Source of the DNA: Sminthopsis crassicaudata
Lineage: Eukaryota
Direction: 5' to 3'
Assembly: GCF_048593235.1 (NCBI RefSeq)
Contig: NC_133622.1
Location: 249,802,055 to 249,866,054 of the forward strand
Length of the DNA stretch: 64,000 bases
Positions 1-12,119 of the stretch are shown here, piece by piece. Position 1 is the stretch's first letter. Each line of letters starts with the position of its first letter. Position numbers and translations under genes: made by a program. Below the pieces are notes generated by a model. It saw only the letters and a list, made by a program, of their open reading frames with translations. It searched no databases and was not told where the DNA came from.

Positions 1-226
1 ACCGGGCACTTACTGAGACCCCCGTCCAATCCCTTCCCTTGTCTAGACCTCAGTAAAGATGCTGCTGGGCCAGGAGAGCTCTAGGCTCTCATCCAGCCCC
101 CCCAGTTTAGGAGAGGTAGGGCCTGGCTTGGAGAAGCCGGCACAGCAGGTAAGCGGGACTCCAGTGCATGGTGCAGGGGGCGGGGCACTTTGTTGACCTG
201 GTAATCCCCTCCTTCCCGTTCTGCAG

Positions 227-2686
227 GAGGTGGCCAATGACCTGTCCATGGGTGCTGACCCCAGAGACCTCACCAACGTCTCTCGAACAGCCTGGAACTT
301 GGGCAGTGCCTTCTTCTTCGCTGGCACCATCATCACCACCATCGGTGTGCAGGCAGGGGTGCTGAGGGGCCGGTCACGGGCAGAGCTAAGGTCAGGCCAT
401 GGGAGGAGAGGCAGGGTGGGGCACTCACAGAAGGCACTTGAGCTTAGGTTCTTCAGGGGCTCTTGCTTCCTAATAAGCATCGAGCACCCCTCAACTTTTT
501 CTAAGCGCCCCCCAATTTTTCTGAGCACCCCCAACTTTTTTCATGCACTGGCTCATCACCTCAGTGATCAGTTAAACTGGAAATGAAATGAGAGGAAGTC
601 CCAACTTCTGGTGCGGACCAAAACCCCGGGGGCTGTTGCCCACTTTCCTGGCCTACTCTTCCCTCTCCTCAGGCTCAATCTCAGCTGACGGGGCTTTGTG
701 GGGGGTTAAAGGACAAAGGTCTGTGTCAGGGTTGTGACTGAGGAGGTGACTCCCAGGCCCCGGAGCCTGCCCTGATCCTCCGGGTCCTCCAGGCTATGGG
801 AACATGGTCCTGCTCACAGACGAGGCTCGCATCTTCTGCATCTTTTATGCGCTGGTGGGGATCCCGCTGTTCGGGATGCTGTTGGCGGGGGTCGGCGACA
901 AGCTGGGCTCTTCCTTGCGCCGGGGCATTGGCCACGTGGAAGCCATCTTCTTGGTGAGCGTCCCTGCGATCGGCGCGTCCAGTCCCCACACGGTCCCTTC
1001 CGCATCCCCACCCCAGGACGTGTGGAGCTAGAGTCCGAGACACCTAATGCGATCCGCCGCCCCCGCCGGGGAATCCTCAGCCCCTTTTGAGTGGCAAGTT
1101 CCTCACGTCTAAGGTTCTCTGATCCTGAGTAATGGTCGGGCTGCCTTCCTGGGCCTCAGTTTCCCCCTCGGTAAAAAGGGAGGGCTGCACTAGGGGCTGC
1201 CTGAGCGAACAGCCTGACCGCGCTCTCTCCGTACCGCCCCCCTCCCTCAGAAGTGGAAGGTCCAGCCGGCTCTGGTCCGCTCGCTGTCGGCCATGCTCTT
1301 CCTCTTGGTTGGCTGCCTCCTCTTCGTCTTGGCGCCCATGTTCGCGTTCCGCTACATCGAGGGCTGGAGCTCGCTGGAAGCGCTCTACTTCATCATCGTG
1401 ACGCTCACCACCGTGGGCTTCGGGGACTACGTGGCCGGTGGGTGAGAGGCCCAGCCAGGGAGGGAGGGAGCCGGCCGTTCGGCCCGGAGCCGCGGCCAGG
1501 CGGTGGAGGGCAGGGGCACGGAAGCTGGAGCAGGTTCGCGCCTTGGGGGCTCGGGGCAGGGGAGGACAGCCGCAGCTCCGGGCCGCACCCAACCGCAACT
1601 CCGCCGGCTGCCCCCAGGCACGAAGCCCGAGCAGTTCCCGGCCTACCAGCCCATGGTCTGGTTCTGGATTCTGATGGGCCTCGCCTACTTCGCCTCCATC
1701 CTCACCATGATCGGGAACTGGCTCCGGGTCGTGTCGGCGCGCACTCGGGCGGAGGTAGGGAGGCTCCTCTCCCCGACGGGGCGGCCGGGGAAGCTCTTTC
1801 CACTTCCCGCCTCGCTCCCCCCTCCCCCCAAGCTCCGTAGTACGCGGAGCGGTCGCCTGGGGGCCCCGGGGCGCCAGGGATTCCTAGGAGGTGCCAACCC
1901 GGCTGTCCAGGAACTTGCTAAAAACGGCAGCGGCTCCCACGCTCGCCCCTCCTCCCCCCTCTCCTTCCACTGGAGCTTGCTTTCAGATCGTTTCTCCCTC
2001 GCAGCCATCCAGCCTGGGGGGTGATGGTGGGCGTTTTAACACGGCCAGAGAGCCTGAGGGCAGAGCCGGGACGTTTAGCCAAATCAGTACGCAGTGACGC
2101 ACGGGGCCAGGAGGTCTGAGTTCTAATGCCGCCCTGACTCTAGCCAGGTCGCTTCTGGTCTCGCTTCTTCAATCCCTTTGGTGCAAATGGCTAGGCGGTC
2201 CGGATAGGGCGTGCGGAGCCCTCCAGGCGCTGGCAGTTTCGTCCCAGCCCCCCGAGGCGACGGGAGACACACTCCGTCCTCCCTCCTTTCCCTCCGCAGA
2301 TGGGCGACCTTACCGCTCACGCAGCCAGCTGGACCGGCACGGTGACGGCGCGGATGACGCAGCGCGCCGGGCCGGACGCGCGGGGGCCGGAGCCGCCGCT
2401 GCCCGAGAAGCCGAGCTCCGGGCCGCCCCCGACGCCCCCGGCCAAGCCGGGAGCGGGGCCGTCCAGCCTGGAGGAGAAGCCCCCTTCCTCGGCGCCCACG
2501 AGCTCAGTTTCAGCGCCCCTCGATTACCCGGGAGAGAACTTCGCCTTCATCGACGAGTCGTCGGACACGCAGAGCGAGCGGGGAAGCGTGCTCCCCCGCA
2601 GCCGCCGGGCCGGCCTCAAGCAGCCCAGGAAACCCGCCCGGCCTCGCCACTCCCGCCACGGCCCGGACAAGAGGGAGCTGGCCTAG
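227..2686 (+). CDS. KCNK4: Potassium channel subfamily K member 4 (TRAAK), 5'-partial; coding exons 227-344, 793-953, 1251-1437, 1618-1754, 2300-2686
   Basis: Spliced translation gives both K2P pore motifs (TIITTIG|YG and [11 protein letters not shown]), TM segments ([16 protein letters not shown]) and the TRAAK tail [18 protein letters not shown]...[17 protein letters not shown]. All introns are GT-AG with matching phase. The first coding exon lies upstream of the window. Confidence 0.97.
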
Positions 2687-2879
2687 GCCGGGCCGGCCTC
2701 TCGGGCGCAGCGACCCTCGGGGGCTCCTGCTCCTCTCGCCTCCCTCCGGGTTTTCGTTCAGCCAAAGAGCTCCCATTCTCCGGGAGTGGGGCATCCTAGG
2801 AACCGGTGCTCCGGCTCTAGCCCTAAAAGCTTCCTGCCTGTCTTCCCTCCCCAGACCCTCCCGCCCGAGCTTCCCACTC

Positions 2880-2885
2880 AATAAA
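2880..2885 (+). terminator. KCNK4 polyadenylation signal AATAAA
   Basis: AATAAA about 195 nt after the KCNK4 stop, followed by GT/T-rich sequence. Confidence 0.75.
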
Positions 2886-3167
2886 GTCTTGCGCCTGCCT
2901 GCTTCTGTGTCTCCTACCTGTAGGGGGCCGACGGCGCAGAGGTGTGCGCGCGGCCCCGCGGAGGGGCTCGGATGGGTCCCTGAGGGGGCAAGGGCAGCCC
3001 CAGGCTCGGGGGCGGCTTGAATTGGACGGACCATGCAGTGGGTGTGAATTCAGGTTTCTCCTCTAGGGGAGCTCGGGGAGCTCGCGCAACAGTCACTTGG
3101 GAGGGAGTGAGTGAGATCTTGGTTTAGGAGACCGGTGTTTCCCAGCCCCTCGCCCCCTGCCCGATGG

Positions 3168-3310
3168 AGGCAGCTAGTGGCGCGGCGGACGGAGCACTGA
3201 GCCAGGATCGGGAAGACTGCTTCCCCAACTCAAATCAAGCCCCGGGCGCTCGCTAGCTGCGTGACCCTGGCCGAGGATTGTAAACTCTTTGTAAAATGAG
3301 CCGAAGAAGA
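3168..3310 (+). mobile_element. Degenerate MIR/MAR1-type CORE-SINE upstream of CATSPERZ
   Basis: SINE head gcagctagtggcgcg..., core gctagctgcgtgaccctggcc and tgtaaaatgag. Confidence 0.55.
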
Positions 3311-3582
3311 AGACGGCAACTACTGCAGCCCCTTTGCCAACAAGGGAACCACAGTGAGAGGGAGGGGCTGGCGGCGTGTCGGGTGGCTGGTCCTGGGGTT
3401 TAGGATCCTGGCAGCCTTCGGAGCTCCGACTTGGGCCGAGGGGAAGGAGTGCCCTTTAAGTGGTAGGGTCCGAATTCCCAACTCGTGACTTAATCCCAAC
3501 GTCTCCTCCCCCACCCCACTTCCCGAGAGCACGACCTCCAGAGATCAGTTGTATAACGGGCTCTGGTCGTTGGGGCAAGAGG

Positions 3583-5266
3583 ATGGAGGGACAAGACGGC
3601 TCAGCCCCGGCGAAAGCCGGATCACAGCAGCAAACCTTTGTTCGGAGGATCGAAGCCCGGGAAGGCTCTCTCCAGAACTCGACCGAAGTAAGGCCTCGTT
3701 TGGGACCCAGGCTGCCAGGAGCCGCCCTGGACTCTAATCCTCGGTCTCCCATGCCCCCAGCCCGCGCCCATTCCCACCGCTACGGCCCCAGCCTCGGCCT
3801 CCTCCGCAATGTCCAAGCTCTGTGCCTTCTCCTTTCTGGCTCTCCTCACTGCCCAGGGGCCACCTCACCCGGGAAGAAGGCTGAACTGTACCCAGGACCC
3901 TTTAGAAGGGGGGTGGGCTGGGATGCCCTCCCCCGGACCTAAGCTGGGGCCTTGGGCTTCGGCTCGTTCCTCTCCCTAGCCTCGGGCCTCCTTTTCTCCT
4001 TCCCTGGGCAGGAGTCCGAAGATTCCCCGTGGGAGGAAAGCCCTCCCGATTCCCGAAAGGAAACGCGGAAGCATCGATTCTCGTTAGTCCAGCGTATCAG
4101 CAAGTCGAGTAGGGAACGGGACAGCAGCGTAGAATCCGGCTCCAGCAGGGTTGCACCCCATAACGAGGGCCCGTTAGAGTTTGCCCGCGGGCCGAGCAAA
4201 ACCTTGCGCGAGGAGGGCACCCGCCACGAGCTGCCGTCCGGCTCCACCTCTCCGAGCGTCGGAGACCCAGCAGATAACAGTGGTGAGTGGGGGCGGGGGA
4301 TGCGCCCTGGCTGAGCGCTAATGCGGGCGCAGGCGGGAGTCCCCGGAGCGCGCGCGGGGATGTAGGGGAGGGCCCTCTCCCCTTCAGCACCTCTCCCAAG
4401 TCCCTGAAGGGGAAGAGCCGGCACTTCTGGACTAGGAGGAAAGATGTGATCTCCTCGGTGGCCATCCTCGGCCCTTCAGTACCTCAGGAAGGCTCCAAGT
4501 GACGGCCCTAATAACCCTCCTCTCTTCCCAGAGTTGGAATTCGAGAATTTGTTGGAATCGCGCGAAGCTATGCACCGCGCCTACTGGGCTGAGCTGCAGA
4601 ACCGAGTGCGTGCGTGCGGCGAGATGGGGGGCGGGGCGGGAGGGCTGGTTGGCGAGTCTCTCCCCTCGGGCGGGCTTCTGGGAAGCTTCTGCCTGCCCCC
4701 TCTCTCCCCCCCCCCCCCCCCCCCCCCGCGTCCTAGCAGCCGCTTCTTTTTTTCCCATCCCCAGCTGCCTCTGCCTCTGGCTCACCTCATGGAGGATGAG
4801 GCGCTGCAAATCCTAACCAAGAGCCTCCAAAGTGAGCGCCCCGGGGAACCTCTACTTGGAGATCAGGCCCATGACTCATTAAGCAGGGAGGGGGGTCCCT
4901 GGAAGTGGGGTTCGGGGGAGGGGAGGTCACCTAGAGGGGGACCTTGTCTCTCTCCAAAGTCCATTCCTACATTTCCGACACGCCGTCAAGGTAAGAATTA
5001 CGATCATTCTCCCGGTGAAGGGCGGAGACTCCTGGCCCCCAGATCCGATCGATTCAGAGAGGACACTGAGGTTCAGATAACTGGCTCCCTGGGCGAGAAA
5101 GCCGCTGGGGGGCGAGCAGGTGCCCAACTGCGCGCCCTAAATCCCCCTTTCTGATCTCCGCCCAGGTTACCGCAAGGGGATCGGGAAGGACCACAAGCTG
5201 ACCCAGCAGCTGCAGCGGCACGTGGACAAGCTGCTCAGGAACCAGAAGTATCGCCAGTTCACCTGA
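3583..5266 (+). CDS. CATSPERZ: CatSper channel auxiliary subunit zeta (TEX40); exons 3583-3687, 4012-4282, 4532-4605, 4765-4831, 5166-5266; 205 aa
   Basis: C-terminal exons encode MHRAYWAELQNR|LPLPLAHLMEDEALQILTKSLQ|SYRKGIGKDHKLTQQLQRHV, matching the conserved CatSper-zeta C-terminus as I recall it (HRAYWAEQQSRLPLPLMELMENEALEILTKAL-SY-GIG-DH-LT-LQR). The gene sits in the syntenic slot between KCNK4 and ESRRA, and the 618-nt CDS is phase-consistent. Exons 1-2 rest on splice signals and phase only. Confidence 0.88.
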
Positions 5267-5350
5267 GCACAGGGCGTTCCTCCCACCCCCTCCCCGGGAA
5301 GCCCGCCCCGCCGGGGCTGGCCACGCCCATCCGGACTCCGCCCCCAGATA

Positions 5351-5356
5351 AATAAA
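5351..5356 (+). terminator. CATSPERZ polyadenylation signal AATAAA
   Basis: AATAAA 85 nt after the stop codon. Confidence 0.75.
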
Positions 5357-5477
5357 GGCGCTCCGCGCTCTGCTCTGCCAGCCTGGGTGTCTGCGCCTGC
5401 GTGGGACGCGTGCGAGCCCGGAAAAGAGGGGGTGGAGGTGGTCGGCCACGGTGCCACGTGACAACGAGTCCCGCCCC

Positions 5478-5568
5478 GCGACCTTCAACGGTCACCGCAG
5501 TGACCTTGGGCGCCTTGCGCCCTCCTGCGGGCTCCGCCCCCTTCCGTACGCAGCCCTGCGACCTTGAG
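5478..5568. promoter_or_regulatory. ESRRA autoregulatory multi-hormone response element (ERRE cluster)
   Basis: GCGACCTTCAACGGTCACCGCA-GTGACCTTGG (5478-5509) and CGACCTTGA (5559-5567). These resemble the human ESRRA 23-bp element GTGACCTTCATTCGGTCACCGCA. Confidence 0.75.
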
Positions 5569-6045
5569 TGACTTTCTCCTCTGCCCGCCTTCGTGCCATA
5601 TAAGGCGCCGGTCCCACCCCTAAGAGGCTCGTCCGCAGTCTTATTTGCATATGCGGGAGGCCGTGCAGCGGCCCGCTCTCGCTCTTTGGATCCGCCCAAA
5701 CGAAGTCATGCGAAGGCCCCACCCCCCGTATCCCGCCTATTTAATGTGGGTCCTAACTCTAGACTTAAACATCTCCGGTTTCATCTCAGCCACGCGTGGC
5801 TTGGAGTTGGTAGGGGGCGAAGGGATTTCTGCCGGTCCGGCGAGTGCGTGCTCACTCCGGTAACAGATTTTCAGGAAGACTCTTCCACGTCCGCCCGGGG
5901 CTTTGCCCAGGTGCCTCTAGGTTCCACCTCCTGGGTTCTTTTGCATACGCTTCAGGGTCGCTCCGCCCCTTCCCTTCCTCGGCCCCGCCCAACTCCGCTT
6001 TGCAGAAGCCCCGCCCCCTCGACTCCCCACCTCGTGCTTCGAGTT

Positions 6046-6120
6046 CTGCTTTGCATACGCGCCGGGCTGGCCCCGCCCCCGCCCCTGCTTTGCATACGCG
6101 CCGGGCTGGCCCCGCCCCCG
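6046..6120 (+). repeat. Tandem duplication, 39-bp period, in the ESRRA promoter
   Basis: ctgctttgcatacgcgccgggctggccccgcccccg is identical at 6046-6081 and 6085-6120. Confidence 0.95.
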
Positions 6121-6129
6121 CTGTCAGCT

Positions 6130-6389
6130 GGAGGAAGCCGAGTAGGAAGCGGCCGCGATGTCCTTTTGTGTCCTACAAGCCGCCGGCGGCGCCGAGTGAG
6201 CAACGGGCCGGGCCGGGCTGGGCCGGGACGCGGCGGAGGAGGAGGCGGGGCCCGGGCCGGGCGGCTTCCGTCCAGCACCGCGCAGCCCCGGCGCCGCGGG
6301 GCCCCCATGCCGGGCCGGCCGCTGCTGCTGTTGCCGCCGCCGCCGCCGCCGCCGCTGCTGCTGCCGCCGCCGCTGCTGCGGAGCCCCAG
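6130..6389 (+). other. ESRRA: ESRRA 5' non-coding exon 1 (start approximate) with a (GCC/GCT)n tract
   Basis: Lies in a CpG island and ends in gagccccag|gtccgg. This is the same EPQ|V junction as the human exon1/exon2 boundary as I recall it. The TSS cannot be determined from sequence alone. Confidence 0.7.
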
Positions 6390-7369
6390 GTCCGGAGCCG
6401 GGCCGGGCGGGCAGGGCCGGGCTTCGGGACTGCGGCCATGTGCGGTCGCCTAGGCTCCCGCCGTCGCTGGGCGTCCGGGCCGAGGCCGCGCCGCCCCGGG
6501 AGACACGTGGGGGCCGCGGGGCCGCGTGGGCGGGGGCTCCTCTCCCCGGGGCGGTGCGGGTTTTCTGGGTCAGGGGTCACGGCTGGCGGGCGGGAGGGGG
6601 GGCGCAAGTTTGTGAACCATCCCCCCAGCTGCCGGGAGGTGGCCCGGGCGGGGAGGGGTAGGGGTGTTATAGGAGCTGGAGCGAGGCCCCGCCCCTCCCC
6701 CCTCGTTGCCCTCCCTCTCCCCCCGCCGGCGCACTAGCCAGGTGAGCGGGCGGGCAGGTGAGTGCGCAGGCCCTGGGGAGACGGGAGGGAAGTTCATGCC
6801 CCCTGGGTGGGGGCGGGGAGTAGGCCCCCCCCACACCCTATGGAGGAAGTGAAGGGCGTGTTGTGGGAGGCCAGGTGTGGGCCTTGTCCAGGGAGGACCC
6901 CGGGCCGGGAAGCCCGTGGGGTGCTGAAGGTCGCCGGCTTCTAAGTTTAACCTGGCGCTGAGTGTGACTCACGTTGGGGGCCACGGGGCCCCTTCCTTAC
7001 TTTGGGGGGCTCAGGCGGGGGAGGGGGCAGTTAGTGAGTTTCTTGAGACTTTTCCCTTGCTGCCCCCTGCTCCCAGCCTGTTTCCGTCTCTTTCTGGGAA
7101 TGAAATTCCTCTGGACTCTGCTCCCTGTCTCCTTCCCCCCCACCTCCCCAGGTGCTGGCTCCGTGCCCGGCTGTTGGGCAACCAGCACGGATGCCTCCCC
7201 GGACATCCCAGAGGCTTGGACCCTGGGCTGGGGGCGAGAGACGGCCCGATGGAAAGCGCAGGGTTTGGGGGAAGCTCTCCTTCACGTTTGTAACTCGGCC
7301 TCCCCAGCGCCCGGCCAGCTCAGGGAGCTGCTCTTTCCGTGGTCCCCTTCCTCATCCCGGCCGCCCTGA

Positions 7370-9717
<2,348 letters not shown>

Positions 9718-10588
9718 TGGGGGATGGACATGTGTGTGTGGGGGTGCTGGCAGGACCGGCTAGGGGGGGAGGGAGGGGGTTGAGCCCCAGAAGAAGCCCA
9801 GGGGAGGGCATGGGCAGTGCCCACAGCCTGCTGGCAGTGCCAGGGCAGTGCCAACAGCCCATGGGAACCAGGCCCGTGCCCCCCCTGCTCTGTTCCATAG
9901 GCACCTAGAGGATCGAGGCTAGTCAGTGCAGCTCCAACCGCTAGGGGGAAGCACTGCCCCTTGCAAGCCATAATCTACCCCCAGGGTTGGGGGGGCCTTG
10001 TGGAAGCCATAAAGGGGGGCTGCTGGGGAAGGGTTAAGAGATCTCAGGGAGGGAAGGGTTGAGGGGCCCAGCTTCCCCTTTGGTTAGTGCTTTTTGCTGC
10101 TGCTTGGCCCATCCCCAGGGGCCTGGCTCCCCCCTCTAGCAGAGCCGGGGGCTGGAGAGCAAGGACCCCTGAAACTCTTCCCTCCTTGCCATTTATACTG
10201 GGCATTATTACTGCCCCCGAACTCCAATCCTTTTCCCCCTTTAAAGCAATAAATCAGAGCTGGCTCCTCCTCCCCGCCCCGCCCCTGGAGCTGGGGCCCA
10301 GGGATGATCCCAGACCCCGGGGAGGGGAGGGGGGCCGCAGCATCTACTCTACCCCTGCATAGCAATAACACTATATTTATTTTTAGGGTTTGGACTGAGG
10401 GAGGAGCAGGGGCCATTGAGTGGGGAACAGAGCTGTACAGAGACTCTATTTTAATGTATATTTGCTGCAAAGAAAACACGTGTTCAGTTTTGAACCTTTA
10501 ATGAGGAAAAAAAAATATAACAGCAATCATCCCATCCCCCAGGGCTCTGTGTGGTCTGGGATCCAAAGGAGAGGGGGTGGGGTGCGGC

Positions 10589-11605
10589 CTAGGACGCAGC
10601 CTCTTCGTCACTCAGCAGCATGTTGGGGATCCCTCGGCTGATGGGGAACAGGCGGCCGGACTCCGGACACTGCAGGGTGCCTTCCACCACCTCCACCTGC
10701 TCAGATCAGAGGGAGACGTGAGCAGGGCCCGGGCCGGGCCGACCCCCCCAGACCCTGGGAGGAAGCCTCACCTCCAGAAGGACGTGGTGCACCTTCCGCA
10801 GGAACTCCTCGTCCTTCTCGTAGCCCTCCGCCAGCTCCCGGGGCAGCTCCGACAAGTGGCCCAGCTGCGGGAGGCAACCGAGGCAGTAAACCGGGTGCCG
10901 CCCTTTCCCCACCCCCCCGGGCCCTCCCCCTAAGTGGCTCCAGGAGAATGGAACTAAGGGTATTGGGCGCCCACAATTCGCCAGGGCCCGTGCGGGCCTC
11001 CAGCGTGACACATCCTCCGTCCCCGCGGGTGGGGCCTCAGGGCCCCTCCCCTTTCCTATTCTGCTCGAAGCTTCCTCCCCGAGTAGCACTTAAGGGGTCT
11101 GGGCGGAGTCATCAGAACTCAAACCCATGTCCTCCAGAGACCGAATGCGGCGTTCTGCCCACAGAGCCCCCCAAAGGCATCCCCAATAAGTGCTTGTGAC
11201 TGACGACACTTCGTTCAAGGGCTGTTAGCGTGAGCTTCGCAACCACAGGGGAGTCGGGGCGGCCTTTACGGAGGACACTGAGGTCTACTGGGGTGGAGGT
11301 GGGAGATGCGGGGGCAGGGGGCGTGCGTGGGCGCTCACGCTCTCGGCCGCTTCCACCAGCGCTGTCCACTCCATCTTGGGGATCATACGCGTCACGAAGT
11401 CCGGGTTGAAGTCCACGGGGCTCACGCGCACCTCGGTGGCCTGGGGGAGGGGGGACACGCAGGGATTGTCACGTGGGCCGCCGGCCGGGCACGGCCCCTT
11501 CCCCCCGTCCCACTCCACCTCGAGTACCTGGATACGCAGTGGGAAGCCCCGGGGCCCCACCCCACGCACGTGGGAGCTCAGCAAGTTGTGGGTCAGCAGC
11601 TTCAT
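10589..11605 (-). CDS. TRMT112: tRNA methyltransferase activator subunit 11-2; exons 11605-11528, 11440-11339, 10864-10772, 10696-10589; 126 aa
   Basis: [26 protein letters not shown]|[25 protein letters not shown]...|...[13 protein letters not shown]|[28 protein letters not shown]. All introns are phase 0 GT-AG. Confidence 0.98.
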
Positions 11606-11627
11606 CGCCGCCTGCGCGCGCACCCGC

Positions 11628-11947
11628 ACCGGAACCGGAACCGGCAACCTCCGTACGCCACTTCCTTCTTCCAGTTAGCTTCCCCCTGCCACTCGAGAAT
11701 TATCCTTCTCCCGCCCCACCATCCACTTCCGTAAGGGGCGGGGCATCCTCCTCCTCCAACAGGATGTTGCAGGAGCTGCTGCTTTTAGTTCCGGAAACTT
11801 CTCATTTTCCAGTCTCTAGATGTAAATAATACAGCTAAAACCAGGTGCGCATGTGCACTCGCATTCGCGCGGGAGCCGGGGGCTAAGCTTTTTGATACTG
11901 CAAGAGGGCGGTACCAAAGCACGTAGTCTGGCCAATGTGCGCATGCG
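11628..11947. promoter_or_regulatory. TRMT112 proximal promoter with ETS/GABP and NRF1 motifs
   Basis: Repeated CCGGAA/CACTTCC (about 11628-11800), TGCGCATGTGCA (11846-11857) and TGCGCATGCG (11938-11947) in a CpG island. Confidence 0.65.
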
Positions 11948-12119
11948 TTCTCATACCTTGCGCTGCGTCCGGGATCCTGCAGGTACATTTCTGCGCAAGC
12001 ACGTCGCGCACAAGCATTTGCCCCTAGATGGCGGAGTGGCGAGTGTGCCGGAGAACCGAACAGGAAGATGTTTTGAATTCGAATCGTCCCTGACACTTTC
12101 TGTAAACCTTTTCAGCCGA

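Noticed and set aside
5593-6737. 286- and 297-aa ORFs over the ESRRA promoter as independent genes
   Set aside because: GC-rich, low-complexity CpG-island frames with no family similarity. The relevant parts are explained by the uORF and the in-frame leader.
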